DNA of 56,061 nucleotides from Clostridia bacterium. GTDB taxonomy: Bacteria; Bacillota; Clostridia; Oscillospirales; CAG-272. The notes below the pieces were generated by a model. It had not been told where the DNA came from and ran no database searches. It was given only the letters and a program-made list of their open reading frames with translations. The translations under genes were made by a program, and so were the position numbers. How positions within the stretch are numbered: the stretch's first letter is position 1; every line of letters starts with the position of its first letter. The DNA is taken from positions 1-56,061 of the forward strand of contig JAFTCY010000139.1 in the NCBI GenBank assembly GCA_017454465.1, given 5' to 3'. Below, in pieces: positions 17,675 through 27,118 of the stretch.

Positions 17675-19771
17675 TTACTTTTCTTCGGCGAGCCTGACCT
17701 GCTGCTTGTCCGAGATCGGGGATGTGGCGTTCGTAATGACGAACTCGCTGCCGGTCAGTCCCGTGACCGCGGACTGGGTGTCGTCAGACGCCACCACTGT
17801 TACAGCTATCCTTCTCGCGTTGTACTTCATTCCGAGAGGCGTGCTCTTGGACTCGACCACAAGCACGTATTTTCCGTCGTTGTCGACCCTTATGGCCGAA
17901 TTGGGAAGAACGTTCGAATAATACTGTGAACTGTCGCCTATCTGGAAGTTTACGGACTGTCCGTCATACACGTCGCCGGTGACAGACAGGGTGATTATCC
18001 TCTGCTTTCCCTGGGTCTGGGGGTCGGATCTTATGTTCGTGACCTGTGCCTCGATATTTGAATACCACCAGGAATTCACCACGGATACGGGGGATCCCAC
18101 CTGGACTTTTTTCGCCTCGTCCGCTGAAAGCGTGACCTCGCACGTATATCCTTTGTCGGTTATGTCAAGTGTGGCGACCGTGTTGCCGGATGAGACCTTG
18201 CTGCCCACAGTATTGTACAGGGTCACGACACGTCCCGACGTGGGAGCCACGATGTCGGATGTGGAAGGCGCGTTCTGATAGCTCTGGATCTTTGCCTGAA
18301 GCTCTTCCATCTGCTTTCTCTGCTCTTCCCTCTCGCGCTTCGTGCTTTCATTGGATCTGCCCTGCTGAGCCACGGTTATCTGATACTGGGTCTCAAGGGA
18401 TCTTATGTTGTCTTCCTGGCTCTTGATGGATTCCGCCAGGGTCTCCGGATCCTGGATGACATTGTTGTCTATCTTGCGCTGTGTATCCGCGACCTCCTTG
18501 TTCAGGTTCTTCTGGTCAGCCTGCAGCTGGGAGAGCCTGTTTTTGAGCTCAAGGAGCTTTGTCTCGTTCTGGGGCAGGTTTCCCACGTCCTCGTTTATCT
18601 TTGTCAGGTTATCGTATTCGGATTTTGCCGTATTGTATTTTTCCTGTGCCTCTCCGAGAGGTGCTCTTTTCTTTTCAAGATCCTTCTGGAGGTCGCTGAG
18701 CTGTCTGTTAAAGGCGTACAGCGTCAGCTCGTCCACGGTCTCCATGCCGATGATCTCCAGCTTGATATACTGTTCTTCAAGATTGCTCTTCCTGGCGGAT
18801 ATCTGGTCATAAATTGCGTCGATCTGATCTGCTATATCCTCGTTGTACCCTTCCTCGCTGAACAGCTGCAGCCTCAGTTCAGCCGCCTGCTCCTTCAGCG
18901 ACTCGATCTCGGAGTTCAGGGACTCGATCACCTGGGTGATGCTGCGGGCTTCCGTCATATCGGAGATCTGCTCTGACAGTTCGGAGATCTGCGCCTCAAG
19001 GCTGTCGCATGTGTTCTTGAGGGCAGTGTATTCCTCCTCGGCCGTGATGTAGTTCCACTGGGCGTCCTGCAGTCTTGTCACCAGTTCCTCGGAGCTCGTG
19101 CCTGACTCCTTCAGCAGCATCTTTGCCTGGGAGACAGCCGATTCGGTCTCGGAGATCTCGGCGGATACGCCCTCCATCTCCTCGTTGAGCTTTTCAAGGT
19201 CTTCCTGGAGCTTCTCAAGCTGTGTCTGAAGGATAGCCCCCGTGTCCTTGCCCTGGAGAGAAGCCTGGTATGTCTCCCTCATCCTCTGGAGACTGTCTTT
19301 CGCGTTTTCTATCTCTTTTCTGGCGCTCTCGAGCCTCTGGTTGTCCGACATGCTGTTGATGTTGTCGTCCAGGACTGAAAGGTCATACTGGTTCTTCAGT
19401 GAGTCGTACTGCTCTATGGCGGATTTCAGTTCGTCGCTGAATTCCTGGGAAACGGTCATGATCACCTGTCCCTCGCTGACCATGTCCCCCTCTCTCACGT
19501 ACACGGACAGGACTTTCCTTGTCTGGACCATGTCGGCATCCTTGACATTCTCATATACCACGTCAAGGGTGTTCCGGGATCTGATGGTGCCGGTGACCTT
19601 TACAGAGGAGGAAAGGGTCGTGTATTTCGGATACTGCGCCGAGACCTCAGGCAGGGACGCCTTCAGTATCGTATTGGAAAAGAACGTCAGTATCAAAAGA
19701 AGGATCAGGAATATAATGGCTATATTCTTTATAATGTCCTTCCGGCTGGTCTTCTTTTTTTCTTTTTCCAT
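17675..19771 (-). CDS. HlyD-family membrane-fusion (periplasmic adaptor) protein with very long coiled coil
   Basis: N-terminal TM, lipoyl-like hairpin (VYVREGDMVSEGQVIMTV...APTSGRVVTL) and ~400 aa of E/K/Q/L-rich heptad-like sequence between the two halves. I prefer the ATG at 19771 after AAAGGGTGAG; a GTG at 19780 would overlap the upstream stop. Confidence 0.75.
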   Translation of the reverse strand: MEKEKKKTSRKDIIKNIAIIFLILLLILTFFSNTILKASLPEVSAQYPKYTTLSSSVKVTGTIRSRNTLDVVYENVKDADMVQTRKVLSVYVREGDMVSEGQVIMTVSQEFSDELKSAIEQYDSLKNQYDLSVLDDNINSMSDNQRLESARKEIENAKDSLQRMRETYQASLQGKDTGAILQTQLEKLQEDLEKLNEEMEGVSAEISETESAVSQAKMLLKESGTSSEELVTRLQDAQWNYITAEEEYTALKNTCDSLEAQISELSEQISDMTEARSITQVIESLNSEIESLKEQAAELRLQLFSEEGYNEDIADQIDAIYDQISARKSNLEEQYIKLEIIGMETVDELTLYAFNRQLSDLQKDLEKKRAPLGEAQEKYNTAKSEYDNLTKINEDVGNLPQNETKLLELKNRLSQLQADQKNLNKEVADTQRKIDNNVIQDPETLAESIKSQEDNIRSLETQYQITVAQQGRSNESTKREREEQRKQMEELQAKIQSYQNAPSTSDIVAPTSGRVVTLYNTVGSKVSSGNTVATLDITDKGYTCEVTLSADEAKKVQVGSPVSVVNSWWYSNIEAQVTNIRSDPQTQGKQRIITLSVTGDVYDGQSVNFQIGDSSQYYSNVLPNSAIRVDNDGKYVLVVESKSTPLGMKYNARRIAVTVVASDDTQSAVTGLTGSEFVITNATSPISDKQQVRLAEEK

Positions 19772-19776
19772 ATCAC

Positions 19777-20733
19777 TCACCCTTTCACTGAAGCGGAATA
19801 TGCGATTCCCTCTATCAGGTAGTCCTCGCTGTACAGGAACAGAAGCACAGGAGGTATCATATATATAGTTGCCGTGGCAAATGCGATGCCCGTGTCGCCC
19901 TCATTGATCTTTGACAGGAACACCGAGAGTGGGTAGAGCTCCGTGTCCCTCAGCAGCACCAGAGGCTGCTCCACCATGTTCCAGTAGTCTATGAACACCA
20001 GGATCGCCACCGAGTACAGCGTGCCCTTGCACAGCGGGATGAATATCTTCCAGAAAATGGTCCATTCCCCTGCCCCGTCAAGCTTTGCCGCCTCCACCAC
20101 CGCCTTCGGTATCCTGCGCATGAACTTGGTCAGGATGAATACCGCGAACGGCGAGAAGATCCCTGGCAGGATTATCGCCCACCTCGTGTCTATCAGGGAC
20201 AGCCTGTCAAGCACCAGATAGTTTGGCACCAGGGTCACCTGGTACGGCATCAGCATCAGCACGATATACGCGAAGAAGATGAACGCCCTGAATTTCGTCT
20301 CCATCCTGGCAAAGGCGTAGGCTGCGCCCGACGCCACGGCCAGCTGGAATATGACTATGGGAACGACGTAGATAACGGAGTTCCAGAATTTCACAAGATA
20401 CTGCGGAGACTTGAAAAGCACCGTCTCATACTGCGAGAGGGAAACTTTCATGGGGATCAGCTGGAGGCTGACCTTTTCTCCGATGAACACGTGGCCGCCG
20501 TCCCCCGATATCCCCAGTCCCGTGAAGATCTTGCCGTAGTTGGCCGAGATCTCTGTGGTGGACATGAAGGAGTTGGTAAACGTAAATACCGTGGGAAACA
20601 GGAACAGGGCCGCGAAAGTAAGCAGGATCAGGAAAGCCAGGACAAGAAAGATGACCCGTCTGACTTTTACTTTTTTGCGCCTTTTGGGCCTTTCGGGAAA
20701 CAGGTCCCGGTTCAGGGTTATGTCGCCTGTCAT
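19777..20733 (-). CDS. carbohydrate ABC transporter permease (MalG/UgpE-like)
   Basis: Six-TM pattern and EAA loop ...EAAKLDGAGEWTIFWKIFIPL.... ATGA overlap with the upstream permease. Confidence 0.9.
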   Translation of the reverse strand: MTGDITLNRDLFPERPKRRKKVKVRRVIFLVLAFLILLTFAALFLFPTVFTFTNSFMSTTEISANYGKIFTGLGISGDGGHVFIGEKVSLQLIPMKVSLSQYETVLFKSPQYLVKFWNSVIYVVPIVIFQLAVASGAAYAFARMETKFRAFIFFAYIVLMLMPYQVTLVPNYLVLDRLSLIDTRWAIILPGIFSPFAVFILTKFMRRIPKAVVEAAKLDGAGEWTIFWKIFIPLCKGTLYSVAILVFIDYWNMVEQPLVLLRDTELYPLSVFLSKINEGDTGIAFATATIYMIPPVLLFLYSEDYLIEGIAYSASVKG

Positions 20734-21752
20734 TCTTCAAGCCCCCTTCCCACGCGGCTGTCGACCAGCAGCAGTATCGAGATTATAGCTATCATTATGA
20801 GGGAGAGAACGATGGCGGCGCTTGAAAGCTTCTGGTAGTCGAAGCGCCCGAAAGTATTGTTCATGAAATGCTGCAGCGTATACATGGCTTCATAGGGATA
20901 GTCGCCCGTGAGCAGGTATACCTCCCTGAACACCTTGAATGAGTTGATCAGGGACATGATCGTAACGAATGATATGGTGGAAGCCAGATATCTCAGTTTT
21001 ATGGAGAAGAAGCGCCTCACGCTGCTGCAGCCGTCGAGCATGGCCACTTCTATTATATCCTTCGGTATGGCGGACAGCGCCGACATGAACATTATCATAT
21101 TGTATCCGATGTTTTTCCAGAGGAACAGTAGCACCACGATGATAATGCCGTAATCGCTCTTGAACCACTCCACCGACGTGCCTCCGAACTGCTGTACCAG
21201 TTCGTTCACCACTCCGTGATAGTCGAACAGCACCTGCCAGATAAGGATGACTGACGCGGCAGGGACGATCATCGGGCTCAGAAAGATAGTCCTGAACGTG
21301 CTCTTTAATGGAATGTTCGACTCAAGGAGCATTCCGAGAAGCAGCGGGATTATGACCACCAGGGGAACGGAAATGAGGGAAAAGATCCCGGTATTCCTCA
21401 AAGCCAGCCTGAACGCGCTGTTTTCGAACAGGGCCGCGAAATTCTCGAATCCCACGAAGTCGTAGTTTGTGTTGTCACTTACGAAAGCATATACGATGAC
21501 GGCTATAAAAGGCAGCACAAAAAAGACCAAAACGCCCAAAAGAGACGGGGTCATAAACACGATGGTGTTCCTGATCTCCCGGCGTTCCCGTTTTGATCTT
21601 TTCATGAGTTTTCTGTCTTCAGCCTGCTGCGCCCGCTGAAGGCGTTTCATCTCGCTTCTGTCTGCTGTTCTGTTCATAAGTGACCGGTCAGATATGTCTT
21701 CTTCTGTTTTTTCTTCTTTTGACGTGTGTTGTCCCGAAAAGTTCCGGACCAT
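20730..21752 (-). CDS. sugar ABC transporter permease (MalF/UgpA-like); start codon uncertain
   Basis: EAA loop ...EVAMLDGCSSVRRFFSIKLRYL.... The longest ORF adds a ~60-aa highly charged N-terminus. Alternative in-frame ATGs lie at 21677, 21650 and 21605, and none has a strong SD. Confidence 0.85.
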   Translation of the reverse strand: MVRNFSGQHTSKEEKTEEDISDRSLMNRTADRSEMKRLQRAQQAEDRKLMKRSKRERREIRNTIVFMTPSLLGVLVFFVLPFIAVIVYAFVSDNTNYDFVGFENFAALFENSAFRLALRNTGIFSLISVPLVVIIPLLLGMLLESNIPLKSTFRTIFLSPMIVPAASVILIWQVLFDYHGVVNELVQQFGGTSVEWFKSDYGIIIVVLLFLWKNIGYNMIMFMSALSAIPKDIIEVAMLDGCSSVRRFFSIKLRYLASTISFVTIMSLINSFKVFREVYLLTGDYPYEAMYTLQHFMNNTFGRFDYQKLSSAAIVLSLIMIAIISILLLVDSRVGRGLEE

Positions 21753-21772
21753 TATATATTAAACCCGTATTC

Positions 21773-21801
21773 ATTATATCTTTTTTTATCTTTTATGTGT
21801 A
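21773..21801 (-). promoter_or_regulatory. candidate promoter of the five-gene operon (TACACA-17-TATAAT)
   Basis: On the minus strand, tataat (+ coords 21773-21778) and tacaca (21796-21801) are separated by 17 nt. Confidence 0.3.
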
Positions 21802-21821
21802 GGATTTGCCTTTTTTCCGCC

Positions 21822-22559
21822 TTATATATGCCATCCGTCAGCTCCGGCTTTCTCCAGAGCTCCGATCACCCTTTTGCACACGCCTTTCGACTCTCTTTCC
21901 TTTTCCCTGAGAAACTCATGCGCGGCTTCCCGCTCGGTATTTCCGTTCTCGGGACAGGTGCTCGCGACCACAGGCAGCCCGGCTTTTTTGGCAAAGCTGC
22001 GGATCAGCTTCTCGCTTGTGTAAATAAAGGGACGGATCACGGATATCCCGTTGTCCGGGTAGTATGTCACAGGGCAGAAGCTGCCGAAAGTCCCTTCGTA
22101 GAGCAGCCTCAGAAGCGCTGTTCCCGCCGCGTCCTCCATGTGATGGCCCAGGGCGATCTTGTTGCACCCGATGCGCATGGCCTCGGAGTTGAGAGCCCCT
22201 CTTCTCAGGGTGGCGCACAGGGAGCAGGGCCTCTTTTCCTTTTTTTCCTCGAATACTATCGAATATATCTCCGTATCCACCACGCTGTATTCCACATCAA
22301 GGTCCCCTGCCAGCTCCCTGACTTTGTCAAATGACACCGGATCCGGAAAGCCGACATTGACGGAAACGGCCTTAAGGCTGAACCGCTTCGGGTAGAACTT
22401 CCGCATCTCCGCCAGGGCGCACAGAAGCGCCAGCGAGTCTTTTCCGCCGGAGACTCCCACCGCGACCCGGTCACCCTCTTCGATCATGGAATAGTGCTGC
22501 ATGGCGCGCCGGGCTCCGGACATGAGCTGCTGCAGCTCCTTTGCGGCCGCCCCTGTCAT
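21822..22559 (-). CDS. PP-loop ATP pyrophosphatase, TtcA-family tRNA thiolase-like
   Basis: PP-loop SGGKDS, CxxC (CSLCATLRRG) and ...ALGHHMEDA.... ATGA overlap with the trmD stop. Confidence 0.7.
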   Translation of the reverse strand: MTGAAAKELQQLMSGARRAMQHYSMIEEGDRVAVGVSGGKDSLALLCALAEMRKFYPKRFSLKAVSVNVGFPDPVSFDKVRELAGDLDVEYSVVDTEIYSIVFEEKKEKRPCSLCATLRRGALNSEAMRIGCNKIALGHHMEDAAGTALLRLLYEGTFGSFCPVTYYPDNGISVIRPFIYTSEKLIRSFAKKAGLPVVASTCPENGNTEREAAHEFLREKERESKGVCKRVIGALEKAGADGWHI

Positions 22560-23278
22560 GATCGCTCCTCTTCCGGAGGATCCTTCATCTCAAGCAGATC
22601 AGGTCTCTTTTCGCGTGTCTTCTCAAGGGCTGCCTCAGCCCGCCATTTTTCGATGTTGGCGTGGTGTCCGCTTATAAGGACCTCAGGCACCTCCCTGCCC
22701 ATCCATACCGGCGGCCTGGTATACTGGGGATACTCAAGCACCCCGTCCTCAAAGCTCTCCTTCTCGTAGCATTCGGGCTCCGACAGGACGCCGTCGCAAA
22801 GTCTTCCCACGGCGTCCGCAACGAGGCAGGCCGGGATCTCTCCACCCGTCAGAACGAAATCGCCTATCGAGATCTCTTCATCAACTATCTCGTCAATGAG
22901 CCGCTGGTCCACGCCTTCGTAGTGTCCGCACAGCAGCGTAATCTCCTTCTTTTTCGCCAGTCTTTTGGCGTCTTCCTGAGTAAAGACTTTCCCCGCCGGG
23001 GACATGTAGATGACGTACGGCTCTTCGTCCTCCGTTTCGCTCCGGAGGCTGTCTCTCACCGCCTCATAGCATCTGTAGATCGGAGGGGCCGCCATGAGCA
23101 TTCCTTTTCCTCCCCCGTAGGGAGTGTCATCCACCCTTCTGTGCTTGTCCTCGGAATAATCCCTTATGTTATATGTCCTGATATCGAGCTTGCCGGCTTT
23201 TCTGGCCCGTCCGATTATGCTTTCAGACAGAACATAGTCCACGAATTCCGGGAAAAGGGTCATGATATCTATTCTCAT
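22556..23278 (-). CDS. trmD: tRNA (guanine37-N1)-methyltransferase
   Basis: MRIDIMTLFPEF..., ...DDTPYGGGKGM..., ...LLCGHYEGVDQR... are canonical TrmD. Confidence 0.95.
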   Translation of the reverse strand: MRIDIMTLFPEFVDYVLSESIIGRARKAGKLDIRTYNIRDYSEDKHRRVDDTPYGGGKGMLMAAPPIYRCYEAVRDSLRSETEDEEPYVIYMSPAGKVFTQEDAKRLAKKKEITLLCGHYEGVDQRLIDEIVDEEISIGDFVLTGGEIPACLVADAVGRLCDGVLSEPECYEKESFEDGVLEYPQYTRPPVWMGREVPEVLISGHHANIEKWRAEAALEKTREKRPDLLEMKDPPEEERS

Positions 23279-23802
23279 CTGGTCTCCCTCATTCCCTCTA
23301 TGAGCCGGACATATATGCCGGCGCCCTCTCCCTCGGGAACGATGCGTTTTATGAACTCACCGACCACCGGTATCATGAAGGTGCCGCCGTTCACGTCCTC
23401 CACCACATATATCTCCCGGCCGGCCGGCGAGATGACCTCTGAAAGCGTGCCTGTCTTCTCTCCGCTCTCCTCATCTATCACGTCAAGGCCGATTATGTCA
23501 GCAACGAAGACTCCGCCTTTTTTCAGCTTTATGTCCTCCCTGTCGCAGAAGAACACTGTCCCCTTGAAAGGTATGGCCTGCTCCACGGTATCAAGGTCAT
23601 GGAAGGAGACCAGGACCATGTTCTTCTGGACCGACGCGGCCCTGACTCTCATGGGAACGAACTCTCCCGCCCTGTTCTTTATATACAGCGTGCGGAGCTT
23701 CGCAAGGGTCTCCGGCGTGTCGCAGTATGACTCGAGCCTCAGCGTCCCCCTTATTCCGTGGGTGCTGACCGCTTTTCCGCACTCAAGATATTTCTGTTTC
23801 AA
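23275..23802 (-). CDS. rimM: 16S rRNA processing protein RimM
   Basis: ...GKAVSTHGIRGTLRL... RimM N-terminus plus a PRC barrel. The stop overlaps the trmD start. Confidence 0.9.
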   Translation of the reverse strand: MKQKYLECGKAVSTHGIRGTLRLESYCDTPETLAKLRTLYIKNRAGEFVPMRVRAASVQKNMVLVSFHDLDTVEQAIPFKGTVFFCDREDIKLKKGGVFVADIIGLDVIDEESGEKTGTLSEVISPAGREIYVVEDVNGGTFMIPVVGEFIKRIVPEGEGAGIYVRLIEGMRETR

Positions 23803-23854
23803 GTCTATTTCCCCATCTTTCTAAGAGAAAACCCCGGATTCCGGGAACCGAGGT

Positions 23855-24799
23855 CTATTCTGGTCTTTTGTCTGTTTTTTCTGGGCCGGACAGATAAGAC
23901 GCCAGCATGCAGAAATCCGCCGCTGACAGTTTTTCGCCCCGTATATCCGGCCTGAATCCGGCCTTCTCAAGGGCGTCTGTCACGTCTTCCCTTGCGTACT
24001 TTGAGAGAAGCGCGTTTACAAGGGTCTTCCTTCTCATGCCGAATGCCAGCGATATGAGTTCCCTCACCCTGCCGTCAAACTCAGATATCCGGTCCGGACT
24101 GCCGGGGGCGCCGGGAAACTTCCTGATCCCTTCATGGGGCCTGAACATCACCACTGAAGATGTGACCTTCGGCGGAGGCATGAAATTGCCTGGTGACACG
24201 TCGAACAGTTTTTCCACGTCCGCCCTGAGGGCTATGGACGCCGTGATCGCTCCGTAATCGGGGGATCCTGCTTTCGCCGCCAGTCTCCTCGCCACCTCGG
24301 TCTGGACCATGAATGTCATGAACGCAAGGGGCATGGGTCCTGCCGGATCGAAGGATTCCATTATCTTCATTATCACAGGCGACGTTATATAGTAAGGCAG
24401 GTTCGCGCATATGCCCACCGTTCCCCCGCCGCGGATCAGGTCCGAAAAATGATCGCTGATAAACGCTGGAAGATCCGTCTTGAGGAAATCCCCTTCCACC
24501 ACCGTGACGTTCCGGTACTCCCCGAGGACCTCCCCCAAAAGGGGTATAAGGCCTCTGTCAAGCTCCACCGCCACCACCCGGTCAAATTCCTGAGCCAGGA
24601 ACTGGGTAAGGGCCCCGGCACCGGGACCGATCTCTATGACTCCGCATGGAGAGCCGGCACGGCTCACCGCCTCACGGGCGATCCGCTCCGGGACCGACGG
24701 GTTTATGAGGAAATTCTGTCCGAAGGACTTTTTGGTGCCGACGGAATACTTTTCCATCAGCTCCCGCACAGTCCTCATATTGCAAAGGTCATAGTACAT
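23855..24799 (-). CDS. rsmA: 16S rRNA (adenine1518/1519-N6)-dimethyltransferase
   Basis: KKSFGQNFL and SAM motif VIEIGPGAGALT. It starts 2 nt after the upstream stop. Confidence 0.9.
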   Translation of the reverse strand: MYYDLCNMRTVRELMEKYSVGTKKSFGQNFLINPSVPERIAREAVSRAGSPCGVIEIGPGAGALTQFLAQEFDRVVAVELDRGLIPLLGEVLGEYRNVTVVEGDFLKTDLPAFISDHFSDLIRGGGTVGICANLPYYITSPVIMKIMESFDPAGPMPLAFMTFMVQTEVARRLAAKAGSPDYGAITASIALRADVEKLFDVSPGNFMPPPKVTSSVVMFRPHEGIRKFPGAPGSPDRISEFDGRVRELISLAFGMRRKTLVNALLSKYAREDVTDALEKAGFRPDIRGEKLSAADFCMLASYLSGPEKTDKRPE

Positions 24800-24801
24800 G
24801 G

Positions 24802-25680
24802 CTAGATGATCTCTATGCTGTATCCGACTGTGTATGATCCTCCGGGGGCAAGGGTCTTCGCGTATTTCTTGCTTGAAGCCTCTCTTGTCTCATCCGTGCC
24901 GGCGGGCAGACCGTTCCAGGGCTCTATGCATATGAACGGAGAGTGTTTCCCGATGGGGGTCCAGAGACCCAGGGCGTCGAAGCCGTCGAACATGAACCTG
25001 AATCCCCGTCCGCTCTTCTTTGAAGTCAGGGTCAGGGCTTTCTCCGGCAGGCCCTCGATTATGAGGGCGTCATTGTCGAAATCGGAATATTTCAGCGGGA
25101 GCCTGTTCGTCCTCTTCAGTTTGTTCAGTTTCGGTACCGAGGGATCCATATATGAATCTTTCGTAAGGGAAACCGTGCATTTTTTCGCGTTGTCGAACAC
25201 TATGACATGGTCCTCGAACCCGCCGTCTTCCGGCCTCAGGGGCACGTTGAACCCCGGGTGGCCGCCGAGGCAGAACACCATCTCGTTCCTGTCAAGGTTC
25301 CTCACCGTGAACTTTGCCGAGAAGCCCTTGTCCGAGATCCTGTAATCGGCGTCAAGGACATAGAAGAAAGGAAACATCTCAAGGGTCTCTTCGGTAGCTC
25401 TCTGCTCCACGACGACCCTGTCCTTTGATATGACAACAGGCTCGAACTGCCTTTTCCTGGCAATACCGTGCTTGGGCATGGGATATTCCTTCCCGCCGAA
25501 GGCGATCAGGTCATCCTTTGCCCTGCAGCATACGGGGAACAGTATGGGCGCCCTTCCGTTCCAGTGTTCCGGAATTCCCTGCCATACATATTCGGTCTCC
25601 CCGTTGATATAGGAGACCAGCTCCCCGCCGTACGTATCCACGCAACCGCGTGAATTTTCCGACCTTATGTTGATCAGCAT
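24802..25680 (-). CDS. aldose 1-epimerase family protein (LacX-like)
   Basis: ...WNGRAPILFPV...KHGIARK...GGHPGFN... is the pattern of the galactose-mutarotase-like family. Confidence 0.8.
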   Translation of the reverse strand: MLINIRSENSRGCVDTYGGELVSYINGETEYVWQGIPEHWNGRAPILFPVCCRAKDDLIAFGGKEYPMPKHGIARKRQFEPVVISKDRVVVEQRATEETLEMFPFFYVLDADYRISDKGFSAKFTVRNLDRNEMVFCLGGHPGFNVPLRPEDGGFEDHVIVFDNAKKCTVSLTKDSYMDPSVPKLNKLKRTNRLPLKYSDFDNDALIIEGLPEKALTLTSKKSGRGFRFMFDGFDALGLWTPIGKHSPFICIEPWNGLPAGTDETREASSKKYAKTLAPGGSYTVGYSIEII

Positions 25681-25693
25681 ATAGACTCCGATC

Positions 25694-27103
25694 TTAAAAT
25701 TCCAGCTTTTCCTCTATATATCTGCTCACTTCGGATATGGGCATGCGCACCTGTTCCATCGTATCCCTGTCACGGATCGTCACGCAGCCGTCCTCAACGG
25801 AATCGAAGTCATAGCAGATACAGAAGGGTGTGCCTATCTCATCCTGACGTCTGTATCTCTTGCCTATGGAACCTGCATCGTCAAATTCCACATTGTATTT
25901 CTTTGAAAGCTCATCGAAGAGCTCAGAAGCGTTCTCGCTCAGTTTCTTTGAAAGGGGAAGCACGGCGGCCTTTACGGGAGCAAGGGCCGGATGCAGGTGG
26001 AGAACGACTCTTGTGTCATTCTTCTCGGGATCCACCACTTCCTCGTCATATGCGTCGCAAAGCACGGCCAGAACGCTTCTCTCCACGCCCAGCGAAGGCT
26101 CGATGACATACGGGATGTAGCGCTCGTTGGTCTCGGGATCGAAGTATGTCAGGTCCTTGCCGGACACGGTCTGGTGCTGGGTAAGGTCGTAATCCGTGCG
26201 GTCGGCCACGCCCCACAGCTCGCCCCAGCCGAAGGGGAACAGGAACTCGAAGTCAGTGGTGGCCTTGGAATAGAAGCACAGCTCCTCGGGATCGTGGTCA
26301 CGGAGCCTGAGGCTCTCGTCCCTGAGTCCTATGGAGAGCAGCCAGTTGTGGCAGAAGGATCTCCAGTAGTTGAACCACTCAAGGTCGGTGCCCGGTTTGC
26401 AGAAGAACTCAAGTTCCATCTGCTCGAATTCCCTGACTCTGAAGATGAAGTTGCCGGGAGTAATCTCGTTCCTGAAGGACTTGCCGATCTGGCCTATGCC
26501 GAAGGGCATCTTTTTTCTGGATGTGCGCTGCACGTTCACGAAGTTGGTGAAAATGCCCTGGGCAGTTTCCGGACGGAGGTATACCGTGTTCTTCGCGTCT
26601 TCCGTAACGCCCTGGAAAGTCTTGAACATGAGGTTGAACTGGCGTATGTCGGTAAAGTTATGCTTGCCGCATGTGGGGCAAGGGATCTCATGGCTTTCGA
26701 TGAATTCCTTCATCTCCGCCTGTGAGAAGGCGTCTATGGGCTTCGGAAGCTCGAATCCGTTCTCGCCGCACCAGTCCTCGATCAGTTTGTCCGCGCGGAA
26801 TCTCTCATGACATTCGCGGCAGTCCATAAGCGGATCGGAAAATCCTGCCAGGTGACCGCTGGCTACCCATGTCTGGGGGTTCATGAGGATGGCCGCGTCA
26901 AGGCCGACATTGTATTTGTTCTCCTGGACGAATTTCTTCCACCAGGCTTTTTTGATGTTGTTCTTCAGCTCCACGCCGAGCGGGCCGTAGTCCCATGTGT
27001 TCGCAAGGCCGCCGTAGATCTCGGAGCCCGCGTATACGAAGCCTCTGTTCTTACAGAGGGCCACGATCTTGTCCATGGTTTTCTGTTCATTAGGCATTCT
27101 CAT
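25694..27103 (-). CDS. glyQS: glycine--tRNA ligase (alpha2 type)
   Basis: ...[24 protein letters not shown]... and class II synthetase motifs. SD AAAGAGGA precedes the ATG at 27103. Confidence 0.95.
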   Translation of the reverse strand: MRMPNEQKTMDKIVALCKNRGFVYAGSEIYGGLANTWDYGPLGVELKNNIKKAWWKKFVQENKYNVGLDAAILMNPQTWVASGHLAGFSDPLMDCRECHERFRADKLIEDWCGENGFELPKPIDAFSQAEMKEFIESHEIPCPTCGKHNFTDIRQFNLMFKTFQGVTEDAKNTVYLRPETAQGIFTNFVNVQRTSRKKMPFGIGQIGKSFRNEITPGNFIFRVREFEQMELEFFCKPGTDLEWFNYWRSFCHNWLLSIGLRDESLRLRDHDPEELCFYSKATTDFEFLFPFGWGELWGVADRTDYDLTQHQTVSGKDLTYFDPETNERYIPYVIEPSLGVERSVLAVLCDAYDEEVVDPEKNDTRVVLHLHPALAPVKAAVLPLSKKLSENASELFDELSKKYNVEFDDAGSIGKRYRRQDEIGTPFCICYDFDSVEDGCVTIRDRDTMEQVRMPISEVSRYIEEKLEF

Positions 27104-27118
27104 ATCTGTATCCTCTTT

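Noticed and set aside
23831-23846. 5-bp hairpin cccgg-att-ccggg between rsmA and rimM as a terminator
   Set aside because: The stem is too short and weak. The genes are more likely co-transcribed.
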